Shown here one piece after another: positions 25,329-38,680 of a stretch of 64,000 nucleotides of DNA. The position numbers and the translations under genes were made by a program. Below the pieces are notes generated by a model. That model did not search any database. It saw only the letters and a program-made list of their open reading frames with translations, and was not told the DNA's origin. Position 1 is the first letter of the stretch, and each line of letters opens with the position of its first letter. The stretch comes from Octopus bimaculoides (Eukaryota): positions 37,121,175 through 37,185,174 of the forward strand of contig NC_068998.1 of assembly GCF_001194135.2 (NCBI RefSeq). Reading direction: 5' to 3'.

Positions 25329-27675
25329 GTAAGGAATTTACATGCAATATTTTGTAATATACATAAAGCGGCGAGCTGGCAGTGTCGTTAGCACGCCAAG
25401 CAAACTGCTTTATGTTTTGGCTTCAAATATCACCGGGATCGACTTTGCCCTTCATTCTTTCACATCTGCAAAACAAATGCCAGTTGAACACTGTAGTCGA
25501 TGTAATCGACTAATCTCCTCATTCGAACTTGCTGCACCTGTGCCAAAATTTGAAATCAATATTTTGTAACATACATAAGGCGGCGAGATGGCAGAAGTGT
25601 TATCATACCGGCCAAAATGCTTAGTGGCATTTCGTCCGTATTTACGTTCTAAATTCTGCTCTTCATCCTTTTGGAGTCGATAAAATAAGTCCCAGTTGGA
25701 CACTGGCCTCGAGCTAAAATTTGATACCAATATTTTGTAACATATAGTGACAAATGATCCATTTTAAGCTCTATAGTAATCTTCCAAAATGGCCGAAATC
25801 CTTAGCTCGTGTTCCAGTTTTTCATGGAAGCCATTTTAGTTTATTGACAATGTTAAATCAATTTCCCTAACTATGAGCAATGTCAGGGAAGGCACGTGAT
25901 CAAAGAATGGTTGATTTTACTGACTTTTACGGTCATAGAATAGAGAACGAATTCTAGTTTGTTGTTTGCTTTGTTTTGCTTCTCACGTGCCTTAGGACTC
26001 ATAAGACGGGCTATCCGCGTTTCCATGACAAATAAATGACTGAGATTACAATACTCCCCAGGGTCCAAGATCAGCAAGTCGAATACTGACGACTAGCCTC
26101 TCCCATCAAAACTTTTCTGGTCCTTTACCTATTGTAGAAGGAACTATCATTATGTTTTTTATTCCCATGGGACGATGCTGAAAAACAGAAACAGTAGCCT
26201 TATGTTTTTAATTATTTTTATTCCCAGGAAAATCAACTATGATTTTCACAAACTAAAGAAAGAGCGTATATTTAGTCTTCTTGTATCCTAGAAACACCAT
26301 GTAATTCTCCCCCAATTCACAACTATATATATAAAGATATCTATATATAATATAATCAAGGATACCTTATGTCTGAGTAAATTAGAGCATGGCTATATAG
26401 ACATTCCAGCATGTAGAGCCATTAAACCCGACATGTTCATCTCAATTTCTCTCTCTCTCTCTCTCTCTCTCCCTCTCTCTCCATCTCACTCTCTCTTCAT
26501 TTTCTTCCTCTCACCCCTTTCTGTCGATGAGCGTAGGCTCCAAATGTCAAATACTTTTTCATTTTTCCCGAGTGTCAAACTATCACACCTGCTTGTTCCT
26601 TCACCTCCTTTGTCATTTGTTTTCTAAATATTTGAACTATATATAGATGGTACACCTTGTGATCATACAGCTACTTTCTCGGGTCTGAACTCAGGTTATA
26701 CAACAACTTTTATTTTCATTGGTCTATGATGAATAAAAAATAACTCCCAGTTATCTTCTAAAGTGAAATCACTTGACTATTTTCTTTCTCGGTAAATGTG
26801 TAGCCTTCGTGTAAAAATAATTATCAAATCGGTTTTCTTTTCTCAAGAATTTGTTTTATGTGTTTTTCAATCACTGTTGTTATTGTTGCTATTTTTGTTT
26901 TTTTTTTCAGGAAAAATTATTGCTTAGTGTTCTACCTCAGCACGTTGCTATGGAAATGAAAGATGATATTACTACGCCACACCAGGGAATGTTTCATAAA
27001 ATATACATCCAGAGGCACGACAATGTCAGGTGATCATTTTCGTTCTCATTATCAGAATTTCTAAAAATAAACCGTGGCGAAGTTAGCGCGTTATTCTTCT
27101 GGAACCCTCTAGGAACAAAATATTCATTAGTTGGATTTGATTGATTCAGCATCACCCAAACTCTTATAATTATGTGGTCACATAGTGATATATCAAAACC
27201 GGAGTCGTTGTTATAAGCATTTTCATTATAACTATGTTAATTATCCTTCTTGTAATTGACTACTAGGCCTCAAGTTACAATACAAAACCTGTTATGAAAA
27301 AAAGTTACTCAAACTTTGGGCATGTGCATATATATATCAATATATATATATATGCGTATTTGTGTGTGTATGTATGTATGTGTGTGTGTGTTTGTGTATG
27401 TATGTATATGCATGTGTGTTTGTGTGTGTGTGTGTGTGTGTGCTATGAGAATTACTAGAAAGGTATCCCATAGAAACTCAAAAATTATTAAAAGGTGGAG
27501 AAGAGAAGATGTTAGAATTTGAAAATGGTTTAATAAATGCATACGATCGTTTAGAAAAGCGATATTAAACATGTAAATAGCATGATAGAATAATTAAAAT
27601 TAATTTAATGAACTTAAATTAACTACAAATCACTGTTCTCCTCAATGCAAGACGAATATATCAAAAAATATTATA

Positions 27676-27710
<35 letters not shown>

Positions 27711-30700
27711 AAAAGACTAAATGGAGGAAAGAGCATACTAAAAGAAAGCTGTTGAGTCTCTTTGTGTTTAAACTAAACACTGATGCGGTTAACGGTTATT
27801 CGAAAATATATGTGAAAGATGTTTAAGAAACATTCCCTCTATATAAATAATAAGTAGGTAATTTATTTACACTCCAAATAAGTCATTTATGACAAGGAGT
27901 TAAACAGAGGCGTCCAATGGGAAAGCACAGTCATGTTGGAATTAAGAAATGAATTGACAGTTATAACTAATATATAATTAATATTAGGTATGGTGTATAA
28001 TTAAATAAATTACTTCTTTAAAAAAGAGAAAGTCTTGTGCGAAAATAAAATAAAAACTAGTGAATATAGTTTTTATTAGGCTACTTGAATGCAAAACGAA
28101 AGGACGGAGTTATTAGTTATATATAACGGAAAATATTTTTTTAGTGTAAGAGATTATGTTCATTTGTGTATATTAAATATAAGATAAAAAATAGAAGAAT
28201 AGTTGTTAATATTACAGAATTAAGATAGTAAAAGCTAGATGCTGCTAAGAAAATTAGAGGTAACGTTCAAGAAAAAATGATAGGTATTAAAAGGTTGACA
28301 TTATCAATGTAGGGAAGATAAAACTGAGAAAAAAGTCCTTAAAAAAATATGTATAAAAAGTTATAATTATGGGTATTTAGTAGGTTGACTATGTGTTTGT
28401 ATAAATGATAACATATGAGTTGAGGATCTAGCTTGGCATAAGAGAAATGGGAAGTCTATAGTAGTATTATATAATTAATAATTGTCTAAATGGTATAAAA
28501 TTATAGTGAGTTGAGATTTTAAGAAAAAATAAATTATTTATGGAGCAATGGGTGTAAATAAGTATATTAAAAACTACGAAGAATAATTCGTATATAAAAA
28601 AATCTTATAAAGGAGAATAATTTATATTGTATACAGATACTTATACAGAGAGCATATCTGTGAAAAAAGTATACATAGGCTTACGTATTCTAGTTACTTT
28701 TTAAGTTATTTTGTTTGAGGGTGTATGTGGCAGAGAGGACACCGTACAAAGGAGAATGAGAATATTTATATCGGTGTACGGATAAGGAAAGTAAAAAACA
28801 GGGCCAAGAACTCAATTGCCCCTAACACATATACACATAATAACATAGTACCAACTAATAATTTAAATTGCAGTTGTAGAGACCCAAATAGTTGTGAAGT
28901 AGGAGGAAATTGTAAAATGAAAGAAGTATACCAAGCAACAATTATTATCAATAATTCCTCTAAATATATATACGTTGGTTGTACGAAGAATTCTTTAAAA
29001 TTAAGAATAAATAATCATAAATCCTCCTGTAATAACCCTAGAACAGAGAATAGCACAGGTCTATCTAAGAAGGTTTGACAACTCAAAAGAAGCAATATAG
29101 ATTACTCAGTTTCTTGGAAAATCCTATCTTCAGCACCACCTTATAGGTATAATAACAAAATTTGTAAATTATGCCGGGAAGAGAGTTATAGTATAATGAA
29201 AATGAATGGTCTCCTTGTTAATACTTGGGATGAAAAAGTTTCTTCTTGTAGATATATGTCCAAATTCCTTTTTATTAATCTTAAATAATATCCCACTATC
29301 ACCTTTATTTTTATTTATTACCATCTTTCTGATAAATCTTTTTCTTTAAATACCTCTCTCTATATATTAACCTTCTCTGTGGTATCAGATTATTCTTCTT
29401 CTAATATTCTGCACATGAATTCATCTTATACTATATGGAAACATATATTTATTATTTAACCATCGTAATACAATACATGAAAACCAATATGGTACATAAA
29501 AGAAATGGGCACCTACTAGGACATAGTGAAGAGAAATCGCCATCTAGGTAGGGTCAGATCACTCCCACGATTCCAGTCACATTCCAATCCCGACGCTTCT
29601 CGTTTCCTGTCGATTGGAAACGGAATTGTCCCATTTTAGACATGATCTACTTCGGTTTGGATTGAACAATGTAAACACCCATATCCTGTACTAAGTTCGC
29701 TAGTTTGAAATTGATGGATTGTTTATGAGGTTTCATCCAACAATCTATCATCTAGAGGTTTTGGAAGAGATGGTAGTAGAGATTTTTCCCGAATTCTCTA
29801 AGGCCCACATTTAAACTGGCACTCCGTCGGCTACAACGGCGAGTGTTCCAGTTGATCCGATCAACTGGACAGCCTGCTCGTGAAATTAACGTGCAAGTGG
29901 TTGAGCACCCCTCAGAAATGCATAACCTTAACTTAGTTCTCAAGGAGAATCAGTATGATACAGAATGTGACAAGGCTGGCCCATTGAATTACAGGAACAG
30001 CTATTTTTTGCCAACTGAGTGGACTGGAACAACGAGAAATAAAATTGTTGCTCAAGGACAAAATGCACAACTACGAACTGAACTTACGACTGTGCTATCG
30101 TTAGCCGAATACCCTAACCATTAAGCCACTCGCCTTCACCAAGTCTCTTGTTATTAATTAAGTGAACCGTGCAGTTTATGCAACGCAGACTGACAGGCGT
30201 CGATCTGTGGAGTTTGAGCTTTATCCTTCATTATTTTCAGCACGGGCCAATCATTTCTTTATTACCTACTTTTGTCCTATTTTTGCTGATGGATCTCGAG
30301 TTTTCTCCATGCTTTGTGTTCTGAGCTCCTGAAGAGATTTCAGCAATGATCTTTCGATTGCATAAGAGGATACCTGGTCTATCACTGGAGTTTATGGTGC
30401 TCTAGATGAGCCATTTCTTTTCTGGCCTTGGTCGTTTCTACTGTTTACACCACAGCGGCCTGTTACTGACTACGACTGACGTCCTGTTTACTTGCGAGGT
30501 TTTTTCCTTTTTGTTTTTTCACTTTTCCATTTCTGGACAAAGGTCTTCTTTTTTTTTTATTTATACTTTACTCCAACATATTTAGCAATCAGGCTTTGTA
30601 TTCTGCACCACTAATCGCACCGGCCTCCTTTTTCTCCTATGTAGGGGTCTCCTTTGGTCTGGGTTGACCATATATCTACCCATGAATGCGCAAACCTGGG

Positions 30701-33372
30701 TTAGGTCTTTATTTTCATTTATCTTTATTTATTTACTTATCTGAATATTGGTTGTTGTCCAAATATAAAGTCATTCCTCTCCAGAGCACCGGCTTTGCCC
30801 AAGGGTAAATCCACAACCTTACTGCCGACACAGTTTAGCATCAGTGTCCTCACAAACGCTGTTACGAGAGTGAAAATGGCTGGCCGGAGCAGATATGTCA
30901 ACGCGTATTAGCTCTAATGTACGTACAGTTCTGAGGCTACCACCAGAGATTATCAGTAAGGTAATAATCTCTGGATTATAATTTAAGGAGACTATTTTGT
31001 GATAGATTATCCTTTATCTTTCACTTGTTTCAGTCATTGCACTCTTGCGGCCATGCTGGAACACGGTGTTGAGGAACTTTTAGTCTGACAAATCGAACTC
31101 CTTACTTTTCTTATAAGCCTAATATTTATTCCATCCTTTTCTTTTGCTGAACTGTTAAGTTACGAGGACGTACAAAAAACCAATGCCGATTGTCAAGCGG
31201 GGTGGGGGACCAAACACACACACACATACACACACACACACACACACATGCACACACACACACGCACACACACACATACACACATATACATATGCATACA
31301 CGACGGGCTTCTTTGAATTTTCGTCTACTAAATCCACTCACAAGGTTTTGGTCGGGCCGAGGGTATAACAGAAGGTGCCACGCATTGGAACTGAACACAG
31401 AACCATATGGTTGAGAAGCAGACTTTTTACCACACAGTTACACCTGTCTTGTCCTTTAATTCAAAATAGTTTTGTAATTCTGGTGACGGACGTATTTAAA
31501 GGAAAAGTGCATTTTTGATACCTGCCTCTAGGAAAATGTTGCGAGAATTTTCTTTAGAGCTTTCAATATAACTTGCATAGATTTTTGTTTCGCTGAAATC
31601 AATGAGTGTGGTTTCTATTTGTTGTTTTAACAATGAAACACACAAATGGAAAGGCAAGCATTAGGATTATTACGTTTACATAAAGATGTTGTATTTATTC
31701 TAATAAGCTTTCTTCTATATATATATATATATATTTGCTATGGAAGCAGAACATTACCAGTAATGCTGTATCTGAAATTTGTATTTATCAAATATTTCAT
31801 AAAGAACATGCTTATGTATATCACAGGAAGCTTCAGGCAATATTAGAATAATTAAAATACAGGGAAAAATCTAAGTATAGTATTGTCTTAGTAGTAATAT
31901 TTGCATATATATAAGTACGATTTTGTATATGTATATTCTTTATGTATACAGCCACTCTTTTAAGGATTCATTATGGTAATTAACGGCACATATATTTTTC
32001 CTCGAAGAGCATACTAATAGGGTAAAATTTACTGGAATTAAATCTGAATTAGTTAATTCATGCAGACATTCACAAGGATATTTATTAAGAAATTTCCAGC
32101 TTCCTGGTGGAGATATAATTCGTCAGTCAAAGTATATTATCTATACCTTTGAAACTTTTAATCATTTCCAAAATATGTTTGCATTCATAATTTTAGAAAA
32201 TATAGTAGTTATACGACTTCACTTTAAATGTTTTGATATGTGACGTATATTTCAAAAGATACATATCGATAACAGCTCGATGTGTTTTCAAATATTTCTG
32301 TCTATCTCTGTCTATCTGTTTATCTATCAATCTATCTTGTTTCCTATCTACATATGTGTGTGTGTGCGTGTGTGTCTGTGGGAGATAGAGAGAGAGAGAG
32401 AGAGAGAGNNNNNNNNNNNNNNNNNNNNNNNNNNNNNNNNNNNNNNNNNNNNNNNNNNNNNNNNNNNNNNNNNNNNNNNNNNNNNNNNNNNNNNNNNNNN
32501 NNNNNNNNNNNNNNNNNNNNNNNNNNNNNNNNNNNNNNNNNNNNNNNNNNNNNNNNNNNNNNNNNNNNNNNNNNNNNNNNNNNNNNNNNNNNNNNNNNNN
32601 NNNNNNNNNNNNNNNNNNNNNNNNNNNNNNNNNNNNNNNNNNNNNNNNNNNNNNNNNNNNNNNNNNNNNNNNNNNNNNNNNNNNNNNNNNNNNNNNNNNN
32701 NNNNNNNNNNNNNNNNNNNNNNNNNNNNNNNNNNNNNNNNNNNNNNNNNNNNNNNNNNNNNNNNNNNNNNNNNNNNNNNNNNNNNNNNNNNNNNNNNNNN
32801 NNNNNNNNNNNNNNNNNNNNNNNNNNNNNNNNNNNNNNNNNNNNNNNNNNNNNNNNNNNNNNNNNNNNNNNNNNNNNNNNNNNNNNNNNNNNNNNNNNNN
32901 NNNNNNNNNNNNNNNNNNNNNNNNNNNNNNNNNNNNNNNNNNNNNNNNNNNNNNNNNNNNNNNNNNNNNNNNNNNNNNNNNNNNNNNNNNNNNNNNNNNN
33001 NNNNNNNNNNNNNNNNNNNNNNNNNNNNNNNNNNNNNNNNNNNNNNNNNNNNNNNNNNNNNNNNNNNNNNNNNNNNNNNNNNNNNNNNNNNNNNNNNNNN
33101 NNNNNNNNNNNNNNNNNNNNNNNNNNNNNNNNNNNNNNNNNNNNNNNNNNNNNNNNNNNNNNNNNNNNNNNNNNNNNNNNNNNNNNNNNNNNNNNNNNNN
33201 NNNNNNNNNNNNNNNNNNNNNNNNNNNNNNNNNNNNNNNNNNNNNNNNNNNNNNNNNNNNNNNNNNNNNNNNNNNNNNNNNNNNNNNNNNNNNNNNNNNN
33301 NNNNNNNNNNNNNNNNNNNNNNNNNNNNNNNNNNNNNNNNNNNNNNNNNNNNNNNNNNNNNNNNNNNNNNNN

Positions 33373-33429
<57 letters not shown>

Positions 33430-33505
33430 CTTCTCTCACTGCATAAATATACTCACACACGCACACATGCACACACAAACACACATCATATATGCACCGC
33501 AAATA

Positions 33506-33537
<32 letters not shown>

Positions 33538-35865
33538 ATGTATATACATACATACGTACATATATATATATATATGCACACACACATATACGTACGCCAC
33601 ACCTCACACACGTACACATGCATTCACGCAGAGATAGATCAGTTGTGCTGCTTATGTGATGTGCGTTCGTGTGCGCGTGTGTACGTGTGTGAGAATGTGT
33701 ATGCAAAGAGAGAGGGCTGGAGAGAGAGAATTACACACAAACACACACATACACACATATGTATATATATATTTACGTGTGTGTGTGTGTGTGTGCGCGT
33801 GTGTGTGTGTGTATGAATGTACATATCTAACTTTTTGGCTATAGATTAAATTTCTGGCGGCGTGCTGGCTGAAACGTTAGCACACCGGGCGAAATGCTTA
33901 GCGGTAGTTTGTCTTTCTTTACGTTCTGAGTTCAAATTCCGCCGAGGTCGACCTTGCGTTTCATCCTTTCGGAATCGATAAATTTATTACCAGTTGCGTA
34001 TCGACTGGCCCCTCCCTCAAACTTTCGGGCCTTGATTCTAGAGTAGAGAATAATAGATTAAATTCCTTCTAACTCTTTCTTTCTTCCTCTCTCCCTCCCC
34101 TCTCTCTCTCTGTCTCTCAAGACACACACAGAATATGCATTGGTTGCATTGAAAATAGGGCAGTATTCTGAATTTTACTTTTTCATAATGGTATCTTTAA
34201 ACCACATCACAGCACTAAAATAAACACAGGCAACATTCCCAAGTCATAAACGAAGTTATGTTGCTGACTGATGACGTATAGAGGTAACTAACAAAATTCT
34301 AATTCCCACAATATTTGCAGCGTAAATGTCGAGCTTGTCTACTATAAAGTGAAACTAGCGCATGCAACAACCTTTCATCCTGTAGTTGAGATTAACAAGC
34401 TCTAGAATCGTGTATGATGTGAATACGAACTTTATTGTTTCGGATTAACGTCCGTGTATCTTCTTTCTTCTTTGTTTTTCTTTTTTCTTTTGTTATTTAG
34501 GAGTTGCATTAGCTTCCTTATAACCCTTCCAATTAAGCTTGTCTACAACACAACTAATTTGTAACGTGTTTACAGAAGTGTGATACATAGATACTTAGAT
34601 TCTTAGATAAGTTTCAGCCAGAATTGTCCCAGACCATGTCCAACTTAATAACACCACTTGAAAAAAAAGCAAACATTTAATGAACTTTCACATTGCTGTC
34701 ATTCTTTCGGTACCAAAGCCCTTTCTTGCAGAGATTTATCAAGGTTTATGTGGTTTACTTGGAATTTATTGGAGATATTCCTCTAGGAACCGGTTAAATG
34801 TTAGTGGATCTTTTCGGTCTCTTATGTGTCTTGGCATGATGTTAAAGAAAGCATGACCAGTGGAGTTGAAATAATTCTGTCTTAGTGTTTTGATATGACG
34901 TGAACATCACATTTGTAGGGGATGGATAGCACGGTGACCAAATCTCGATGAATCTTAAAGTAGATGCCAACATCATTCGGGCAGTGCCGTCGGATATTTT
35001 CCACATCGAACAAATGATATAGCACTTGCGGTGTTTTATCATTTTTGATTGAACTTCTGGTGACTGTAAGATTATTATATTATTTGCAAGACTTTCGAAG
35101 TCACTTTAACAACTTCTTCACTAAAAGTAAAATAAAAAGTGCTGCTAGTTAAACAATTATATCTAACTAAAATACGGTGCTGACCAAGAGCCAATTACAC
35201 CAAATACTGAATAGACAACACATCAGGAAGTGATAAGCGCAGAATTTGTGGACAAAATGGTGAGACCGTATGGCATATTACCAGTCAATGTACGCCACTA
35301 GCTCAGAAAGAATATTAGAGACGTCATGACAATATAGCAAAGATTGTCCATTGGACACTTTGCAACAAGTATAGACTTGACAGAGCCAAAAACCCGACAG
35401 AATCATCGAAAAGGATAATGCAAAAATCGTATGGGAATTTATGATTCAGTGCGACCATGAGATAGAGAATAGGAAGCCAGACATAGCGTTAATTGAGAAA
35501 GAAAGCAAACGATGCTGGACCATAGATATAGCATGCCCAGCTGACAACAAGGTATGCGATAAGGAAGAAAGAAAAGTCGATATATATGACAGGATAGCTT
35601 GGAGGTTAAGCAGTTGTTGTCGATGAAAAAGGTGGTAGTAGTACCAATAATTGTCGGAGCCCTGGGAACAGTGAATAAAAATCTTGAGAAGTACATGGAA
35701 CAAATAGGGGTTGCAATAAGGGTGGAGCACTCGCAGAAAACAACACTGCTTGGAACTGCTCGAATATTCCGGGTGGTGCTCGAAAAATAAGTGGTGTTAC
35801 TTTGGTTCACTGGTAGTGAACAGCTGGCACCGTAGTACATCTCCAATGTCAGAAGTTGTGCAGAG

Positions 35866-35935
<70 letters not shown>

Positions 35936-37396
35936 AAACAAGAAATCATACTACCTAAGAAATACGAAGAAGAAGAAGAAGAAGAAGAAGAAGANNNNNN
36001 NNNNNNNNNNNNNNNNNNNNNNNNNNNNNNNNNNNNNNNNNNNNNNNNNNNNNNNNNNNNNNNNNNNNNNNNNNNNNNNNNNNNNNNNNNNNNNNNNNNN
36101 NNNNNNNNNNNNNNNNNNNNNNNNNNNNNNNNNNNNNNNNNNNNNNNNNNNNNNNNNNNNNNNNNNNNNNNNNNNNNNNNNNNNNNNNNNNNNNNNNNNN
36201 NNNNNNNNNNNNNNNNNNNNNNNNNNNNNNNNNNNNNNNNNNNNNNNNNNNNNNNNNNNNNNNNNNNNNNNNNNNNNNNNNNNNNNNNNNNNNNNNNNNN
36301 NNNNNNNNNNNNNNNNNNNNNNNNNNNNNNNNNNNNNNNNNNNNNNNNNNNNNNNNNNNNNNNNNNNNNNNNNNNNNNNNNNNNNNNNNNNNNNNNNNNN
36401 NNNNNNNNNNNNNNNNNNNNNNNNNNNNNNNNNNNNNNNNNNNNNNNNNNNNNNNNNNNNNNNNNNNNNNNNNNNNNNNNNNNNNNNNNNNNNNNNNNNN
36501 NNNNNNNNNNNNNNNNNNNNNNNNNNNNNNNNNNNNNNNNNNNNNNNNNNNNNNNNNNNNNNNNNNNNNNNNNNNNNNNNNNNNNNNNNNNNNNNNNNNN
36601 NNNNNNNNNNNNNNNNNNNNNNNNNNNNNNNNNNNNNNNNNNNNNNNNNNNNNNNNNNNAAAAAATATTCAGACAAATACATAACAAAAACACCAGGACT
36701 TACAAATATATATAACATACAGAAAATTGCACTTCTAGGCACTGCACACATCCTACGCAAAACACTTTCAATACAGTAACCATAAGAGCATCACAGCAAA
36801 CCACAGCACATACCCAAGGCGCACAGAGCTGCGCTCGATAGTGAAGTGAAAGCACGTTATAAAAATAAAACTACTGAACAATAATAATAATAATAATAAT
36901 CCTTTCTACTGGAAGGGCAAAGCCTCAAATTTGGGTAATGGATTAAGTCGATTACATCGACCCCAGTCCGTAGCCGGTACTGATTTCATCGACCCCGAAA
37001 GGATGAAAGGCGACGTTTGAACTCGGAACGTGAAGACAGACGAAATACCGTTAAACATTTCGTCCAGTGTGCTAACGATTCTGCCAGCTCGCCGCCTTGA
37101 AGTTTGTATAAATGTATGTCTGTTGTCCACNNNNNNNNNNNNNNNNNNNNNNNNNNNNNNNNNNNNNNNNNNNNNNNNNNNNNNNNNNNNNNNNNNNNNN
37201 NNNNNNNNNNNNNNNNNNNNNNNNNNNNNNNNNNNNNNNNNNNNNNNNNNNNNNNNNNNNNNNNNNNNNNNNNNNNNNNNNNNNNNNNNNNGAATGTTTA
37301 TGAAGGAACGAGATACGGGAGCACACAAATTTTCACTTTTGAACTAACTGCTTCTCTCACTCTCTCTGTCTTCTTTTCTCTCTCTCTCTCTCTATC

Positions 37397-37442
<46 letters not shown>

Positions 37443-38648
37443 CCTCTCTAACATTTTTGGGGGTAAAATATAGACTCACATACAAACATTTAGATATAAA
37501 CATTGCAGCAGAACTGAAGCACGGGGTTTACTTAGACCAGTATGCGAGGCGATCAAATATATGGAATGTAAACAGTTATTCTGGCTTTCCTGAATTATTG
37601 GAACGAGTAATTGAATACTCGAAAATAATTAAATCGCAGATCACTTCTATTGTTTTGGTTTGTTTTCTTTTTGTTTTTATTCTATTTTTGGTATTTTGTA
37701 TTATAGAAACGATTTATGAGTTTCTGATTTCTATGTTGTGAAATTTGATGAGACTCGGCGTGCAAAAGAAAAAAAAAAAGCCTTGGAATNNNNNNNNNNA
37801 AAAAAAAAAAAAAAAGCCTTGGAATTCATTTTCTAGTTTCTCTTCTTTTCTAACGGTTTCAAAGTTTGGCACAACGCCCGCAATTTTCAGGATAGGCTAA
37901 TTCGACTGCCGTGACACCGGTGTTCATATGGCACTGTTTTTTATTGACCCTGGAAAGCAAAGTCGATCTTGGCAGCATTTGAACTCAAAAACCTAAAGCA
38001 AAAGGAAATGCAGCTAAGTATTTTGAACGGCACTATAACTATTCTGCCAGATCACCGCTGTATTGTTTTAAATTTTTGACACAAGGTCAGCAATTTTAAT
38101 GGAGAGAGATAAAGGATTACATCAACCCCAGTGCTCAACTGGTATTTATTTTATCGATCCCAATAGGATGGCTGGCAAAGTCAACCTCGGAAGAATTTAA
38201 ACTAAGAATATAAAGAGCCAGAGGAAATGCTGCTAATCCTTTGTTCCAAGCGCTCTAATAACTCTGCCAGCTTACCCCCATAATGTCTTTAGACGGCAGC
38301 ACATATGACTCTTCATCTTGAGACAGTATAATTTCTTATAATTTTCTCAAAGTTTCACCTCTTACGCGGTATGTCTTTTATCATATTTGAGAATAATTTT
38401 CCAAATGTATTTCGTCTTAACACCAATTTTATACTATACTACTCTATGTGTAGAATGTCTGATTTATGAGTAATTTGCTTTGAATTGTCCACCAATTCGT
38501 TTGGGTAATTCAAGAGAACCAAGTTAGATTTTAACATTCCCCATTAATCATGTTCTTTAAATGTGCTTCTTAACAATACTATTCAGAAAAGCATTTATAT
38601 TTCATATATCATGCATAAATACACACTTGCATATCTGTAACTATATAT

Positions 38649-38680
<32 letters not shown>

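Noticed and set aside
27700-28720. Mitochondrial insertion (NUMT) suggested by AT richness and skew
   Set aside because: I could not recognise any mitochondrial protein, rRNA or tRNA motif. Kept only as a composition finding.
29843-30124. 93-aa ORF with normal-looking composition
   Set aside because: It is the antisense reading of SINE-D.
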